Origin: Eledone cirrhosa
Lineage: Eukaryota
Assembly: GCA_964016885.1 (NCBI GenBank)
Contig: OZ024750.1
Coordinates: forward strand, 33,790,001 to 33,854,000
Length of the DNA stretch: 64,000 nt
Direction of reading: 5' to 3'
In this document: positions 11,924 through 25,046 of the stretch, piece after piece
Position numbering within the stretch: position 1 is the first letter of the stretch
Layout of the letters: each line of letters opens with the position of its first letter
Program-made: the position numbers and the translations under genes
Notes under the pieces: generated by a model
The model's input: only the letters and a program-made list of their open reading frames with translations
What the model was told of the DNA's origin: nothing
The model's database searches: none

Positions 11924-13411
11924 CTTTAAATTATATTTCTTTGAGCTTGTAGTCATATCAAGAGGAGTTTGATCCCTAGAAGGAGAGGATGATGATCCAA
12001 ATGGCATGCAAGGCTTAGAATCATTAACATCATTTCTTGAATAATCTTTTGTAGAATTTTTGTAACTCATCCTTCCGTTGACCACTTTTTTCAATGTTTT
12101 CATTGATAAATCTGCTGGTTCTGATTGTATATCATTGGCTCTATGTACACTGTCCAAATAAGATGATGTGTGACTACTTACAGTCTTTTGTCTCTTAGGC
12201 GGGGGAATATAATACGGAGAGTTTATATCCATACTGTGAACAGCAGGATATGGCATTGTGTTGGCTGTAATCTTTGAAGTATGAGCTGTTATTGGTGGCA
12301 TGTAGGAGGAACAGTTAGAATAGCTACGAGCTCTTTTCATGTGGTTGGTATGAGCTGGCTGAGGTAGTGAGTCTTCAAGCCGAGGCCTACTACTACTACT
12401 GCTACTACTACTACTACCACTACTACTATATTTGGTCAACGGAGATGAAAGGGACATCAAATGATTTGGAGGGCTTTGAAGAGTTGGTTGAATAACTGTC
12501 TGACGCACACTACGTGATTTTAATTCCTCATTTCGGTGGATTCGAGGAGGTTGTGTGTGAGCCACTTTTGGAACGTGCCACCGACCATTTTCAGGTATAC
12601 GATTAGTAGGAAGAGAGTGACAAGCTGTAGTTGACCTTGAAGAAATGGCTGGAGCTACAGTTGATGCACTGGTCTTGTTATTTACTTTGGAAGTAATCTG
12701 TACCTTACAAGAAGGTGTACTTTCAATAGCCTTATTACTACTAGAATCATTAGAAACTGCAGCAGCCCCACTTGATGGAATGTGATGATTCTGAAAAGCA
12801 GGCGCTCGTTTCTGTTTGTGTAACAAGGGTCCAAGAATACTCGGTCCTGGTCGAGTCTTTATCTGATTATCACAATCATTATTGTCACTGTTGTCACTGC
12901 TTGGTGATACTCCTGGTTTTAGGGTAAAGTTTTCCGATTCACAAATGATTGGGTCAACTGGGCTGATTCTTTCATAGGAAGGATTAGAGGGGGGAGATGG
13001 TGTTGGCAGTGTCGTCACAACATGACGTTTTTCCGCATAATTAACAGATTGGTTCTTGTCTAGACCGAGTTGGATTGGACTAGGTGATTGACTAGCAAGT
13101 ACAGCAGCAGCAGTGATTTCTTTAGGGATGACTGAACACACAGTTGTTAATTTCCAATCATTAACGTGACTTTCTAGCTTTACTACAGGTATAACAGGAT
13201 TCTTGATTTCAGGTGAAATTCGAGTCAAATTTGGTCCTTTCTTTGGTTGTGTTGGGGGAGTTAGTGAAAGGCTTAAAGACTCTTCAGAAGGCTTTGTATC
13301 AATTGGCTCTCTTTTTATTGCAGAAGGCAGGACATCTGGTGAATCCTGGTTATATTTTTCACATAAAAGTTTCTTAACAGTTGGTTGAGTTCCAGATTTA
13401 AATCGTCGAAC
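11924..13411 (-). CDS. ARID5B: ARID5-like large S/P-rich exon (496 codons)
   Basis: cattag|GTT...AAG|gttagt; 1488 nt stop-free, in frame with ORF 11720..13228; has PADLS, PLDMT, IKRE, PPPKRQK. Confidence 0.9.
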
Positions 13412-13719
13412 CTAATGGAATGACAAAAAAAACCAAAAAATGAATAAATCAATTTTCGTCATAAACAATACTGTTATATATATATCGTTTAATTACAGAT
13501 TTGTACTAATTGTCCTTTTCTACATAACATACAAACCTTCAAAACCACGTAAATATTTTCTTCTCAGAATAAAATCTCAAACTAGAAGCACACATTTCAA
13601 GGGATTTAACTCGTACTAATTTTATACGAATTACTTCCCTTAAAAATTGCTCTGTTTATAAACATTGAAATTTTAACTAAAAGCTGCCATGCTTTTCCCC
13701 CAAAAAAGTAATTTTTTTT

Positions 13720-14020
13720 TTAAATAATGATAATAATGATTTCTTTATTAACCACAAGGGTTGATACAAAGTATAACATTAAGGACAGTACGGGACGGTA
13801 CAAATTGGCGCTTCTGCGTGTAAAAACAAAAACAAAGGATGTAACAAAATAAATGAAACAAAGGAAAATTCCCCAATAGGGGGAAGACCTCCAAAGGCCA
13901 CTCATGGAGGAAGCCCACAGTGACCCTGACCACCAGGGCCAGTGCCCTCTCCCCGTTTTCTACCTCCAATCTAAAGGCATATACTCAGAGCAGGCCAATT
14001 CACTCGAGCCATGCTCACCT
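13720..14020 (-). mobile_element. Probable LINE 3' end (L1/Tx1-like tail)
   Basis: Ends CCCTTGTGGTTAATAAAGAAAT(CAT/TAT)n; similar end at 23110-23182 (+). Confidence 0.4.
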
Positions 14021-14283
14021 CTCCCCCATCTTTCAACAAATTGCTCTTTCATTAAGACAGTAAGTATAGTGGGGTTTTTTTGTGTGAAAGAAAGACTTAT
14101 AACAATAACTAAAAGACTAAACATTTAAAAAATCAAACCTAACAAATTCCCTAAACGCGTGGTGGACACCTCCAAAGATCACTTGTGGAGAAAGCCGACA
14201 AAAGGCCACAGTAATGTTGACCATTATTAATAAGAGTCACCTTAGTAATGACAGTAAAACATCAATAAAAGAAGCCATCTTAC

Positions 14284-14367
14284 ATTATCTCGGTTTTGAG
14301 CGTTAGTTTTTCTCATCTCATCCCACATTTTTTCTTTCTCTTCAATACTCAAGTTCAATCTGTGTCT
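14284..14367 (-). CDS. Candidate 84-nt symmetric exon of ARID5-like gene
   Basis: ttacag|AGA...AAT|gtaaga; phase 0-0; RHRLNLSIEEKEKMWDEMRKTNAQNRDN; open and in phase, no homology recognised. Confidence 0.7.
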
Positions 14368-15137
14368 CTGTAATAATAATAACAGTTTCAGATTTAGGCA
14401 CAAGGCCAGCAATTTGGGGGGAGAGGGAAGTCGATTAAATCGACCCCAGTGCGCGTGACCAGTACTTTATTTTATTGACCCCGTAAAGATGAAAAGCAAA
14501 GCTAACATCGGCAGGACTTAAACTCAGAACGCTAGAGCATCGAACTACATACTTTGAGGCATATAATTACATCTCTTTACATTCTGAGTTCAAATCCCAC
14601 CAGGGTTAGCTTTGCCTTTCATTCTTCTGAGGTTGATAACAAAATACAAGTAATGCACTGGAGTATAATAACAACAACAGCACCAACAATAATAAATTAA
14701 CACATCCTTGTTAGATTCAACAATTCTGTTTACTTTCCACATTTTGAAAATGTCTTTAAATGTAACAAAACTTCCCAAGATTTAAAATAACAGAAGATTA
14801 TTCGGTGAGTTGATATGCTCCATTTTTAGACTATATTTTTTAGTCAGTGTTACAGTGAAGCTTCTATTTCTATTCTAAAACTTTGCTTGCCACATTCCTA
14901 ACATACTTCCCTTGAATAATAATAATAATAATTGTGTCTACTTTTGGCACAAGGCCAGCAATTACCCAGTACATTACTGGTACTTTATTTTATCGACCCC
15001 GTAAGGATGAAAGGCAAAGTTAACCTCGGCGGGATTTGAACTCAGACCGTAAAGGGACGTAACTATACTGGAAAGCATGGCGTCCGACTCCCTACCAATA
15101 CTGCCAATCCACCAATAATAATAATAATGATTCAAAC

Positions 15138-15291
15138 CTTGTCTTTTTTGTCCTCATTATTGGTTCCATGTAAAAGTTGTTTTGTGTGATGTGTATCTAA
15201 CTTGGATACATGTGAACTTTTCTTCTGTTTTATTTCTGATAGTAAAGCAAGATCCTTTCCTTTTTGACTCAATTCAAAAGGAAGTAATAAA
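15138..15291 (-). CDS. ARID5B: ARID5-like exon G (ARID end)
   Basis: tttcag|T TTA TTA CTT CCT TTT GAA (LLLPFE)...AAG|gtttga; 154 nt, phase 2-0; donor is weak. Confidence 0.87.
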
Positions 15292-16416
15292 CTGAAAAAT
15301 ATTTTTAAAACAATTAATTAATAACAGTTATAAAAATACTGTTTTATATCACAAGAATTGTTAACAGTTATAAAAATACTGTTTTATATCACAAGAATTG
15401 TTAACAGTTATAAAAATACTGTTTTATATCACAAAAATAGATAAACTACAAAATCAGGGGACTATTCTAGTGTCTCATCTCCCCAAAAATGGAGAGTGGG
15501 GCCAGGCAATCTTCTCATTGAAAAACCAATAAACTAGAGAATTTGTCGAAGGAGTGATTGAAACGGAAATCCTGCTAGCTGCTTATAAACTGACCTTTCA
15601 CCTCTTAACCCTTTAATATTTACATTTCTCTATATTTACTATTGTATTTTCACAGTAAAGGTTTTACATCATATAATTATCTCATATAATATCAAAGCTA
15701 TGAGAACAATAACTTAACATCAGTATTAGGAGCCAGTTATGGCTGGTTTGAACAGAAAGAGATGAGAAAATTCTGGCCGGATATGACCAGTTTAAATGCT
15801 AAAGGGTTAACTCTTTTGACACCAAACCACCTGATACCACACATGGTTCTAGGATACAAAACCTTTCCATTATAATTTTATGTAAGAACCTTTGTATGTT
15901 CCAAACACTAGTTTAACCTTTTCACACCAAACCATACCTATGATATAAAGAGTTTATATTGATCTAAAACTATTTCATCATAATTCTGTAAGAACCTTTA
16001 ACAACAAGAAAATAATTTTTTTAATTCCCTCCAAATTCTGAATTATTTTCTTAACCCTTTAGCATTCACATTACTCTATATATTTACTATGATATTTTCA
16101 CGGTAAAGGCTTTACCTCACATAATATCGAATCTATGACATTTTGAAAGTATTTATTTTGAGAATAATACCTTAACATAAGTTTGAGCAACCAGTTACAA
16201 CAAAAAAAGGTAGAGAATTCTGGCCGGTTTGAACATTAAAGAGTGAGTGTCTTTCATAAGACAAGAGGTGTTGGTGATTTAGGTATGAGAAATGTACCTC
16301 GATTCTGACACTTGAGATCGCTTAGTGTATCTTATAACATCAATCATCATTTAAGGTGTGTTTTCCCTGCTAGCAATGGTTGGACAGGTCTTCAGTCAGT
16401 AATCAAGTGGGCCAAC

Positions 16417-16870
16417 TGACCTGTCATATAGGCTGGGGAGCTACTGAACTGGGGGGGTCTAGTAACCTCCCATATAGACTGGGTCTACCGTACTGACCTT
16501 TCATATAGACTGAGAAATTCTGAACTCTCATATAGGCTGGGGTTACTGACCTCTCATATAGGTTGAGTGTTACTGGCCTCTCATATAGGGTGGGGTTACT
16601 GACCTCTCATATAGGCTGGAACCGCTGACCTATATATAGGCTGGAACCACTGACCTATATATAGGCTGGGACCACTGACCTATATATAGGCTGGAACTAC
16701 TGACCTATATATAGGCTGGGACCACTGACCTATATATAGGCTGGGACCACTGACCTATATATAGGCTGGAACTACTGACCTATATATAGGCTGGGACCAC
16801 TGACCTATATATAGGCTGGGGCCACTGACCTATATATAGGCTGGGACCACTGACCTCTTATATGCTGGAG
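16417..16870. repeat. 25-bp minisatellite
   Basis: Unit GACCTATATATAGGCTGGGACCACT; degenerate on the left, homogeneous on the right. Confidence 0.93.
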
Positions 16871-17105
16871 GTACTAGAGATCTACAACTTGATTATATAC
16901 AATCCCATGCTCTAGTAAGTGTATTTCATTGTCACACCAGCACTAGGGAGGTTGTTATGGCTTTGACAACGCTTGTAGGGTCCTCCCAACTAACACAAAT
17001 ACCATCTATTAATTTCAACGAGAATCATGTACGACCCCACATTATTTTCTTAAGACCCGAGACAAAATAACAATATCAAAATTAATCAAAATTAATATTT
17101 CTCAC

Positions 17106-17203
17106 CGTTCATAGTGTCGTCTTGTACAGGTAGCAGCACTTGTACTACCAGGATTACCACCCATCATGTCATACAACTGTTTCCACATTCGTTGATTAGT
17201 AAT
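17106..17203 (-). CDS. ARID5B: ARID5-like exon F (ARID domain)
   Basis: ttctag|ATT...CG|gtgaga; 98 nt, phase 0-2; ITNQRMWKQLYDMMGGNPGSTSAATCTRRHYER is the ARID5 signature. Confidence 0.96.
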
Positions 17204-18860
17204 CTAGAAAAAGATAGGTAAATAAATTAGCCATATTAACTCTAAATATCCTGTACTGCATCAAACCACATTTACAAGACATTCTTGAAAACTATGAAAT
17301 AATGCTGACTGCATTACATTAGAAATTGAAGTCTTTAGTTTATTGCAAATTTTTCAAACCCGATCTTGTTCACTAATAAAGACACTGTAAACAATGTATA
17401 TGTCTGTGAATGTGTCTGTGTCTGTGAATGTGTCTGGGTCTGTGAGTGAGTGTATATGTGTGTACGAGTATGTCTCTGTGTATATATGTGTAAGTGTGTG
17501 TGCATATGTATCCATATACCTGTGTATGTGTTTGTATATATTGTGTGTCTATGTATGTCTGCTAGACTATACAAAAAGTCAAGCATTCTTTCTTTTATCC
17601 ATTATACAATAAAAACAATTTAGATTCTTTCCAAATTTCATATTTTTCTACGAGAGATGCACCTCCATATTTTCATTATAATCCTCCAAAGTGGATTACT
17701 AAGGACAACAACAACAACAACAACAACAACAGCAGCAGTCATTTGAAAGGTACTTTTATAGTTATGCTAATCTAATTATTTAGGATTCAAAACCTGAGTA
17801 TTGCTGTTGTTGTTATTAATTATTATTATTATTAGATTATTAGGGCAGTGGATTGGAGGTATCGGTAGAGGGTCGGACGCCATGATTTGCAGCACGGAGC
17901 TACGGCCCTTTGCGTTCTGAGTTCAAATCCCACCAAGGTTAACTTTGCCTTTCATCCTTACAGGGTCAATAAAATGAAGTACCAGTCACACACTGGGGTC
18001 GATTTAATCGACTTTCCCCTCCCCTAACATGGCTGGCCCTGTGTCTATAGTAGAAACGATTATTATTATTATTATTATTATTATTTTTGCTGTTTAGTTA
18101 TATTAACTCTGACAAAAATAAAATATACTTATTAACCCTTTAGCATTTAAACCAGCTGTATCTGGCCAGAATTCTCTCACCTCTTTCTGTTCAAACCGGC
18201 CATAACCAGCTGCTCATAATTAAGATATTGTTCTCAAAATAAATAATATCAAAATCTCGTAGATTCGATATTATGTGAGATAAAGTGTTTATTATGAAAA
18301 TACAACAGTAAATATAGAGTCATGTAAATGCTAAAGTGTTAAATAATTCTATGACATTTCAAAGACAATAAGCACAGGTCTCACTAAATATATATTTTAA
18401 ACTTTATACCACTTAAGGACTAAAAAAAAGATATTTAACTTTGGAATGGAATCAATCAACAAGATCCCAGACTTCATTTGATTACTGAGTAGGATGGAAC
18501 TCATCAAATTGGACCAAAGAGACAATGTTTCCATTGCTGATACTTTTCTACTGGTCGGAACTCCTGGCAAAAAGAGCAACATAATATAAAGTGTCTTGCT
18601 CAAGGACAGGGCATCTCCAGGCCTGGGAATCAAACTCCCAACCTCATGATTGTGAATCCAATTCCTTAACCACTACACTATGCACCTTAATTTTAAGGTT
18701 TCATAAAAGTCTATAAATGCATTGGCCATACATGATCAAATATATTTGTCATTTTGAAAATAAAACCTAAATAATTCACCAAAACAGACATTTTATATAT
18801 ATTTAGGATAAAAACATTATAAATAAACATATAAATATATATATATATATATATACATAC

Positions 18861-18913
18861 CCTTTCATATCCTCCCAGTTTATACGCATTTTTATAAAAT
18901 GCAAACAGGTCAA
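18861..18913 (-). CDS. ARID5B: ARID5-like exon E (53-nt ARID exon)
   Basis: ttgtag|TT...AGG|gtatgt; phase 1-0; IDLFAFYKNAYKLGGYER. Confidence 0.93.
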
Positions 18914-19028
18914 CTACAAGAGAAAAGAAAACTTTAGTATATCCAGTATATTACCATACATATATAGTATTACCAGACATATGTATATTATTACCATGTG
19001 TATATATATGTGTGTGTGTGTGTGTGTG

Positions 19029-19108
19029 TAGGGTGAGACATAAAAACCTCCCATATTTTACACGATCAACCTTTAAAATGTGAGAGGTATTTTTGCCACA
19101 CCAAGTAT
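19029..19108. mobile_element. Small Tc1/mariner-like MITE remnant
   Basis: Imperfect ~30-bp inverted arms GGTGAGACATAAAAACCTCCCATATTTTA / TAAAATGTGAGAGGTATTTTTGCCACACC. Confidence 0.45.
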
Positions 19109-20376
19109 ATTGAACCCATATTCATATTGATCCTATATATATATAACAATCAGTACATTGAATCAGTACATATATATGATACGTCTAAATCTAATAAATA
19201 ATGAGTGGAGGACTGCGAGACTGTGTCAGGGACATTTTTTCTGAACATGTTATTAAAATAAGTTGGATTATTTTGAATAAATCATGAATGAATATTATGT
19301 AATTTATCTACTAAATTTCGTAGCTCTTGATTAAATATAAATATTCTTATATATAATGTATAGCTTATTTCAAGATTTGCTTCTTTAAAATTTTCAAATG
19401 TCAATACTTCTGGTTATGATATAACGTACGCTATATAACATTGCTTATATAAATGTTCATATATTTGCATCGTTATATAACATTTATATTTCTGTTGCTA
19501 ATTTTCTCCTTTTTCATAACATTTCACCGTAATGCAGTTTATATATAATATCGTCTTATTTTAATGTATCATGGATTACTTTACTGATTACAGAAGAGAG
19601 TGTAACAACGTCTTCGTTCAATTTCTGTTTATATTGTCAATTACGATTTTATTTGATGTATCATATCTACATGTATATATACTTGCGTATAATATCAATA
19701 TACACATTACACATCTAGATTTATAATAATTCTTCAGTATATTGATCCCATGCAGTATATTGATGTCAGATATATGTGATGCTTCTAGATTTATATTAAT
19801 AGAGAAATGAGATTTCTTAAGCAACATCAAAAAAGAAAAAAAAAGATGATCAAAAATTAAGAATTAAAAACCAGCCTAAAATTAGTTTTAAGATGAAAAA
19901 CAGCTTTTTTCCCCCCCATAACCCCATAAGTTATTTTCTCATTAGATGGCAATAGGGCGGTGGACTGGCAGTAATCAGTAGAGCATTGGACAATACGCTT
20001 TGTGGCATATAGTTACATCCCTTTGCATTCTCTGTTCAAATCCTGCCGAGGTTAGCTTTGCCTTTCATCCTTACGGAGTTGATAAAATATAGTACCAGTA
20101 ACATACTGGAGTCAATTTACTCAACTTTCCCTCTCCCCTAAATCAGAAACTATTAAGAGATGGCAGTAAAAAGTGTTAACATAAGATGTAATTATATAGG
20201 GACCCTTCTGTCTCTGTTGAAGTAGTTCTAGCCTGCTCATGAAATTAATGCGCAAGTGGCTAAGCATTCATTCGATAGACACATGTACCCTAAAGATAGT
20301 TCTCAGAGAGATTCAGGATAACACAGAATGTGACAAGGCTGTTTACAGGTACAAAGCATTTTTACCAGCTGGCTAT

Positions 20377-20719
20377 GGAGGTACATGGCTTAGTGGTTAG
20401 AGCATTGGCCTTGCAATCGAAAGGTTGTGAGTTCAATTCTCAGACCGAGTGATGTGTTGTTTCATTGAGCAAGACACTTTATTTCACATTGCTGCAGAAA
20501 TGAGATGATAGGACTGGGGTCCCTATCTTTCCACTGCAAAGTGGTCGTGGAGGTGCCACGGCAAAAAAGCACCCAGCCCACACTGAAAAGTGGACGTGCA
20601 GGCGCCACGGCAAAAAAAAGCAGCCAGCACTCACTGTAAATGAGGTTGGTGTTAGGAAGGGCATCCAGCTGTAGAAATCAGGTCCCGTCCCACCCTTGCA
20701 AGCAGGGAAAAGCAGACGT

Positions 20720-20750
<31 letters not shown>
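20377..20750 (+). mobile_element. SINE family A nested in older SINE (~20190-20855, minus)
   Basis: Full head, two modules; older GCAATGTGAAATAAAGTGTCTT element resumes after the tail. Confidence 0.82.
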
Positions 20751-20986
20751 CTAGACTGAAGCAATGTGAAATAAAGTGTCTTACTCAAGGACAGAAGATC
20801 CACCAGGAATTGAACAGAGAGCCTTACAATCATGTAGTGAACACCCTAACTACTCTCTAAAAAATACTATACAAAATCTTAAAGGCAAATTGATCAAGTT
20901 AATGGTTACTTAGTTCAAATCAGTTTCAAACATCGTAGTTTTTCACGTCTGAGTACCTCTAGCTGTCAGGGATAGATGGTGAGGAC

Positions 20987-21283
20987 CAGAGGCATAACTA
21001 GGGAAAATAGCCCCTATGGCAAGCAGTGAAATTATGACCCCAGTCCAGAGGTATAACTAGGGAAATAGCCCCTATGGCAAGCAGTGAAATTATGCCCCTG
21101 CCCAGTACTGTATTTTTACCTATGGAGGCCTAATAATTTATATAAATGGTTTAATGATCCAACCAACATAGTGTTCTCACCCATGACAGAGACAGATCAT
21201 ACATCTGAAGGAGTTTCTTTTCTCACTCTCCGACAAGGCGCCCATGGCATGTGCCATGTTTCCATACGCTAGTTACGCCTCTG
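20987..21283. mobile_element. hAT-type MITE
   Basis: TIRs CAGAGGCATAACTAG / CTAGTTACGCCTCTG, perfect 8-bp TSD GTGAGGAC; left ~59 bp duplicated. Confidence 0.88.
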
Positions 21284-22485
21284 GTGAGGACATTTGGTAA
21301 AATTAACAGTTAGACTGGTGTTCTATCTTGGTATAGATGTGGGGCCAAGTTAGACTGGTGTTCTATCTTGAAATAGAAGTGGGGAAAACACCAGTCTAAC
21401 TCTTAACTGAATTTTTGAATAAGAAGTAGTTTTAAAATGTGTTAGAATAATAATTGTTTCTACGTTAGGCAGAAGGCCAGCAATTACCCAGTGTATTACT
21501 GGTACTTTATTTTATCGACCCCGTAAAGATGAAAGGCAAAGTTAACCTCGAATGCCATTTTATGAAGATATTTAAGCAAAATCTATAAATATTAATTAAA
21601 AAACTACCATATTCTTCATATATAAAATCAAAAGTATTTATATGTGTTTAGAGTGAGAGGGGAAGTGTTGGGTTGAGTGTGAGGAATCAAATAGAGAAAT
21701 AATGAATCATGTGATTGGAGAGAGAGAGACAGGTATATACTGTGTCGGTGATGAAAAGATTGATGTATTGTATCATATGACCAAGTGGAAAGAGTCACCA
21801 ACATATCCATTACCAAGAAACAAGTGAAAACATTTATCTTTGTTTGCTATGTATTTATGGTATGTCATAGTTAGAATTGAATTATTATGTCACTGTAGAA
21901 ATTGGAGATAAAATATTGAGAACAAAAATATATATCAGTCCATTGTATAGAGACATGAAATGACCTCATACAACTCGTAACAATTAAAACTCAACTAATA
22001 TAAAGAAATATACAGAAACACACCCAGAATTTAAAAAAAAAACCATTATGGAAGGGTTGTTGTACTCCTGGAAACCTAGTCAGAATTTTAAAACAAACTT
22101 GTGCCCCTAAAAACTTGGTCATAATTAAAAACAAACAACTTGGGAGAGTTGTTCCCCTGAAAATCTAGTTATAAAAAGAAGAAAAAAAAATGATCTAGAA
22201 GGATTATGCTCTTGAAAACCTGGTTGTAATTTTAACAAAAACATTATGTAAGGGTTGGTTGTGTTCCCTAAAACTTGGTCATAATATGAAATTCCTTATA
22301 AAAGCTAATTTCCTACTGACTTCTTCCATTAAAAAAAAATGGGATGGAATAGAGTGGGAGGGGGGTCTAACAACTGCTTCAACAAGATTAGCCACAGGAC
22401 ACACCTGTATTTAAAATAGACATTATTTTACTGAACAACACAGTTAAAAGATTTGATATTACTTAAGAGAAGAGATAATACTAAC

Positions 22486-22627
22486 TCATTTTAAAGCCCA
22501 AAGATGGAATACGTTCAATGGGAGTGGTCCTTTTCCTCATAAAATTGTGGAGAGATTCCAGGAATAACTTTTCATTTGTAAGGATTGAGTCATTTTTGTA
22601 TCCATTACTCATTTCACGTTTGGGATC
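22486..22627 (-). CDS. ARID5B: ARID5-like exon D (ARID domain start)
   Basis: tttcag|GAT...ATGA|gttagt; 142 nt, phase 0-1; EKLFLESLHNFMRKRTTPIERIPSLGFKM; absent from ORF track. Confidence 0.94.
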
Positions 22628-23187
22628 CTGAAATACAAATGTACCAGATCATAATAACAAATGACAATTCTACATGTTCTTTCTTAAATATATTGAATAA
22701 CATCGCATTTTTTAATCTGATCCCTAATAAACTTATTGAAGGAGGCATTTTATGATGGAAGTTTAATATAAGTAAGTATGAACACTATGAAGACTTTAAA
22801 ACAGTTTTTTATAATCATAAAACCAGGGGCAATTTCAGCTGGGCCGGTATCAAAAGGGTTAAAACATTACAACTATCTAAACATTTATATAAAATTTAGC
22901 CTGAATAAAACTAGAGCTTGTAACAATATTACGACAAAATAATCACAACATTTCTATTTTTTTTTTTTGTGGAGGAAGGTGGTAGTGGTGTTGGTGGTAT
23001 ATTTATGATAAGAAGTGGGGGACTTTAAGTTTGATAATATTCTCAGTCTACTATCAAACTGATAAGATTATTATTATTAACAATTTATTTTTTTTACTTG
23101 ATTTTTTTGTAAACCCCTACTGTCCCTGCCTTTTTGTATCGTCCCCTACATGTGGGCTCTATTGGCCAATAAAGAATTATTAGTGCG

Positions 23188-24302
23188 CGTGTCACATTAA
23201 AATACACACGCAGTACACCCTGTAAGGTGGTAGCGCTGGTGTCACAATAAAATACTACCAGTACACCGTGTAAGGTGGTAGTGCTGGTGTCACATTAAAA
23301 CACACACGCAGTACACCCTGTAAGGTGGTAGTGCTGGTGTCACAATAAAATACTACCAGTACACCCTGTAAGGTGGTAGTGCTGGTGTCACAATAAAATA
23401 CTACCAGTACACCGTGTAAGGTGGTAGTGCTGGTGTCACATTAAAACACACACGCAGTACACCCTGTAAGGTGGTAGTGCTGGTGTCACAATAAAATACT
23501 ACCAGTACACCCTGTAAGGTGGTAGTGCTGGTGTCACAATAAAATACTACCAGTACACCGTGTAAGGTGGTAGTGCTGGTGTCACAATAAAATACACCCA
23601 GTAAGGTGGTAGTGCTGGTGTCACATTAAAACACACACGCAGTACACCCTGTAAGGTGGTAGTGCTGGTGTCACAATAAAATACTACCAGTACACCGTGT
23701 AAGGTGGTAGTGCTGGTGTCACAATAAAATACACCCAGTAAGGTGGTAGTGCTGGTGTCACAATAAAATACACCCAGTAAGGTGGTAGTGCTGGTGTCAC
23801 AATAAAATACTACCAGTACACCGTGTAAGGTGGTAGTGCTGGTGTCACAATAAAATACTACCAGTACACCCTGTAAGGTGGTAGTGCTGGTGTCACAATA
23901 AAATACTACCAGTACACCGTGTAAGGTGGTAGTGCTTGTGTCACAATAAAATACTACCAGTACACCCAGTAAGGTGGTAGTGCTGGTGTCACATTAAAAC
24001 ACACACGCAGTACACCCTGTAAGGTGGTAGTGCTGGTGTCACAATAAAATACTACCAGTACACCCTGTAAGGTGGTAGTGCTAGTGTCACAATAAAATAC
24101 TACCAGTACACCCTGTAAGGTGGTAGTGCTGGTGTCACAATAAAATACAGCCAGTAAGGTGGTAGTGCTGGTGTCACAATAAAGTACACCCAGTACACCC
24201 TGTAAGGTGGTAGTGCTAGTGTCACAATAAAATACACCCAGTACACCCTGTAAGGTGGTAGTGCTGGTGTCACAATAAAATACACCCAGTACACCCTGTA
24301 AA
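23188..24302 (+). repeat. 48-bp minisatellite with shorter variants (~24 copies), SINE-module derived
   Basis: Unit GTGCTGGTGTCACAATAAAATACTACCAGTACACCCTGTAAGGTGGTA; followed by AGGAAGGGC tail block. Confidence 0.95.
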
Positions 24303-24841
24303 GTAGCTGACACTAGGAAGGGCTTCCAATGTAGAAACGAAACCAAAACAAAGTGTATGAGCAGGAACTATTCACTGGACCTGTCTGGCCTCAGCACATG
24401 ACAGCCGTCAAACCCATGCAAGCATGGGAAATAAACATTAGCCCTTTAACATTTACATTACTCTATATATACTATTATATTTTCATGGTAAAGGCTTTAC
24501 CTCACATAATATCAAATCCATGAAATTTTGATATTTCTTTTGAGAACAATCTGAGCAGCTAGTTACAGCCAGTTTGAACAGAAAGAGGTAAGAGAATTCT
24601 GGCCAGATACGGCCGGTTTAAATGCTAAACGGTGATGATGATGATAATGATGACAGTTGTGAAAAATGTTCAATTATATCAATCACCATCCTAATGATTG
24701 ATTTCTTTTAATTAACCAAATGCAGAATTTCTATTTTTGAAAATCCATAAAACAAACAAATGTTCAGAAAACTACAGCCCCTCATTGTCCTGATAGTAAA
24801 ATAAGAAAAAGGAAGATTTAAAAGTGAACAAATTCAAATAC

Positions 24842-24981
24842 CTTCAGTCTATTGCTGCCATTTGCTTTATGTCGAACCAGTAGAGTTTCTCCAGGTGATT
24901 CTTCATTACTATCTGATGATAACGAAGCCCCTTTCTTCAGTTTTATTTTTTTCTTTCTTGGCCTTCCTTTTAAATTGGGTG
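24842..24981 (-). CDS. ARID5B: ARID5-like exon C (APNLKGRPRKKK, AT-hook-like/NLS)
   Basis: tttcag|CA...AAG|gtattt; 140 nt, phase 1-0; APNLKGRPRKKK matches the ARID5B motif. Confidence 0.92.
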
Positions 24982-25046
24982 CTGAAATATTGAATGAAAA
25001 ATATTGAATGAAATATATTTTAAAAAACATATGATGTCCCCTAGTC

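Noticed and set aside
19250-19830. Possible decayed transposon ORF
   Set aside because: Many stops; no motif I could identify with confidence
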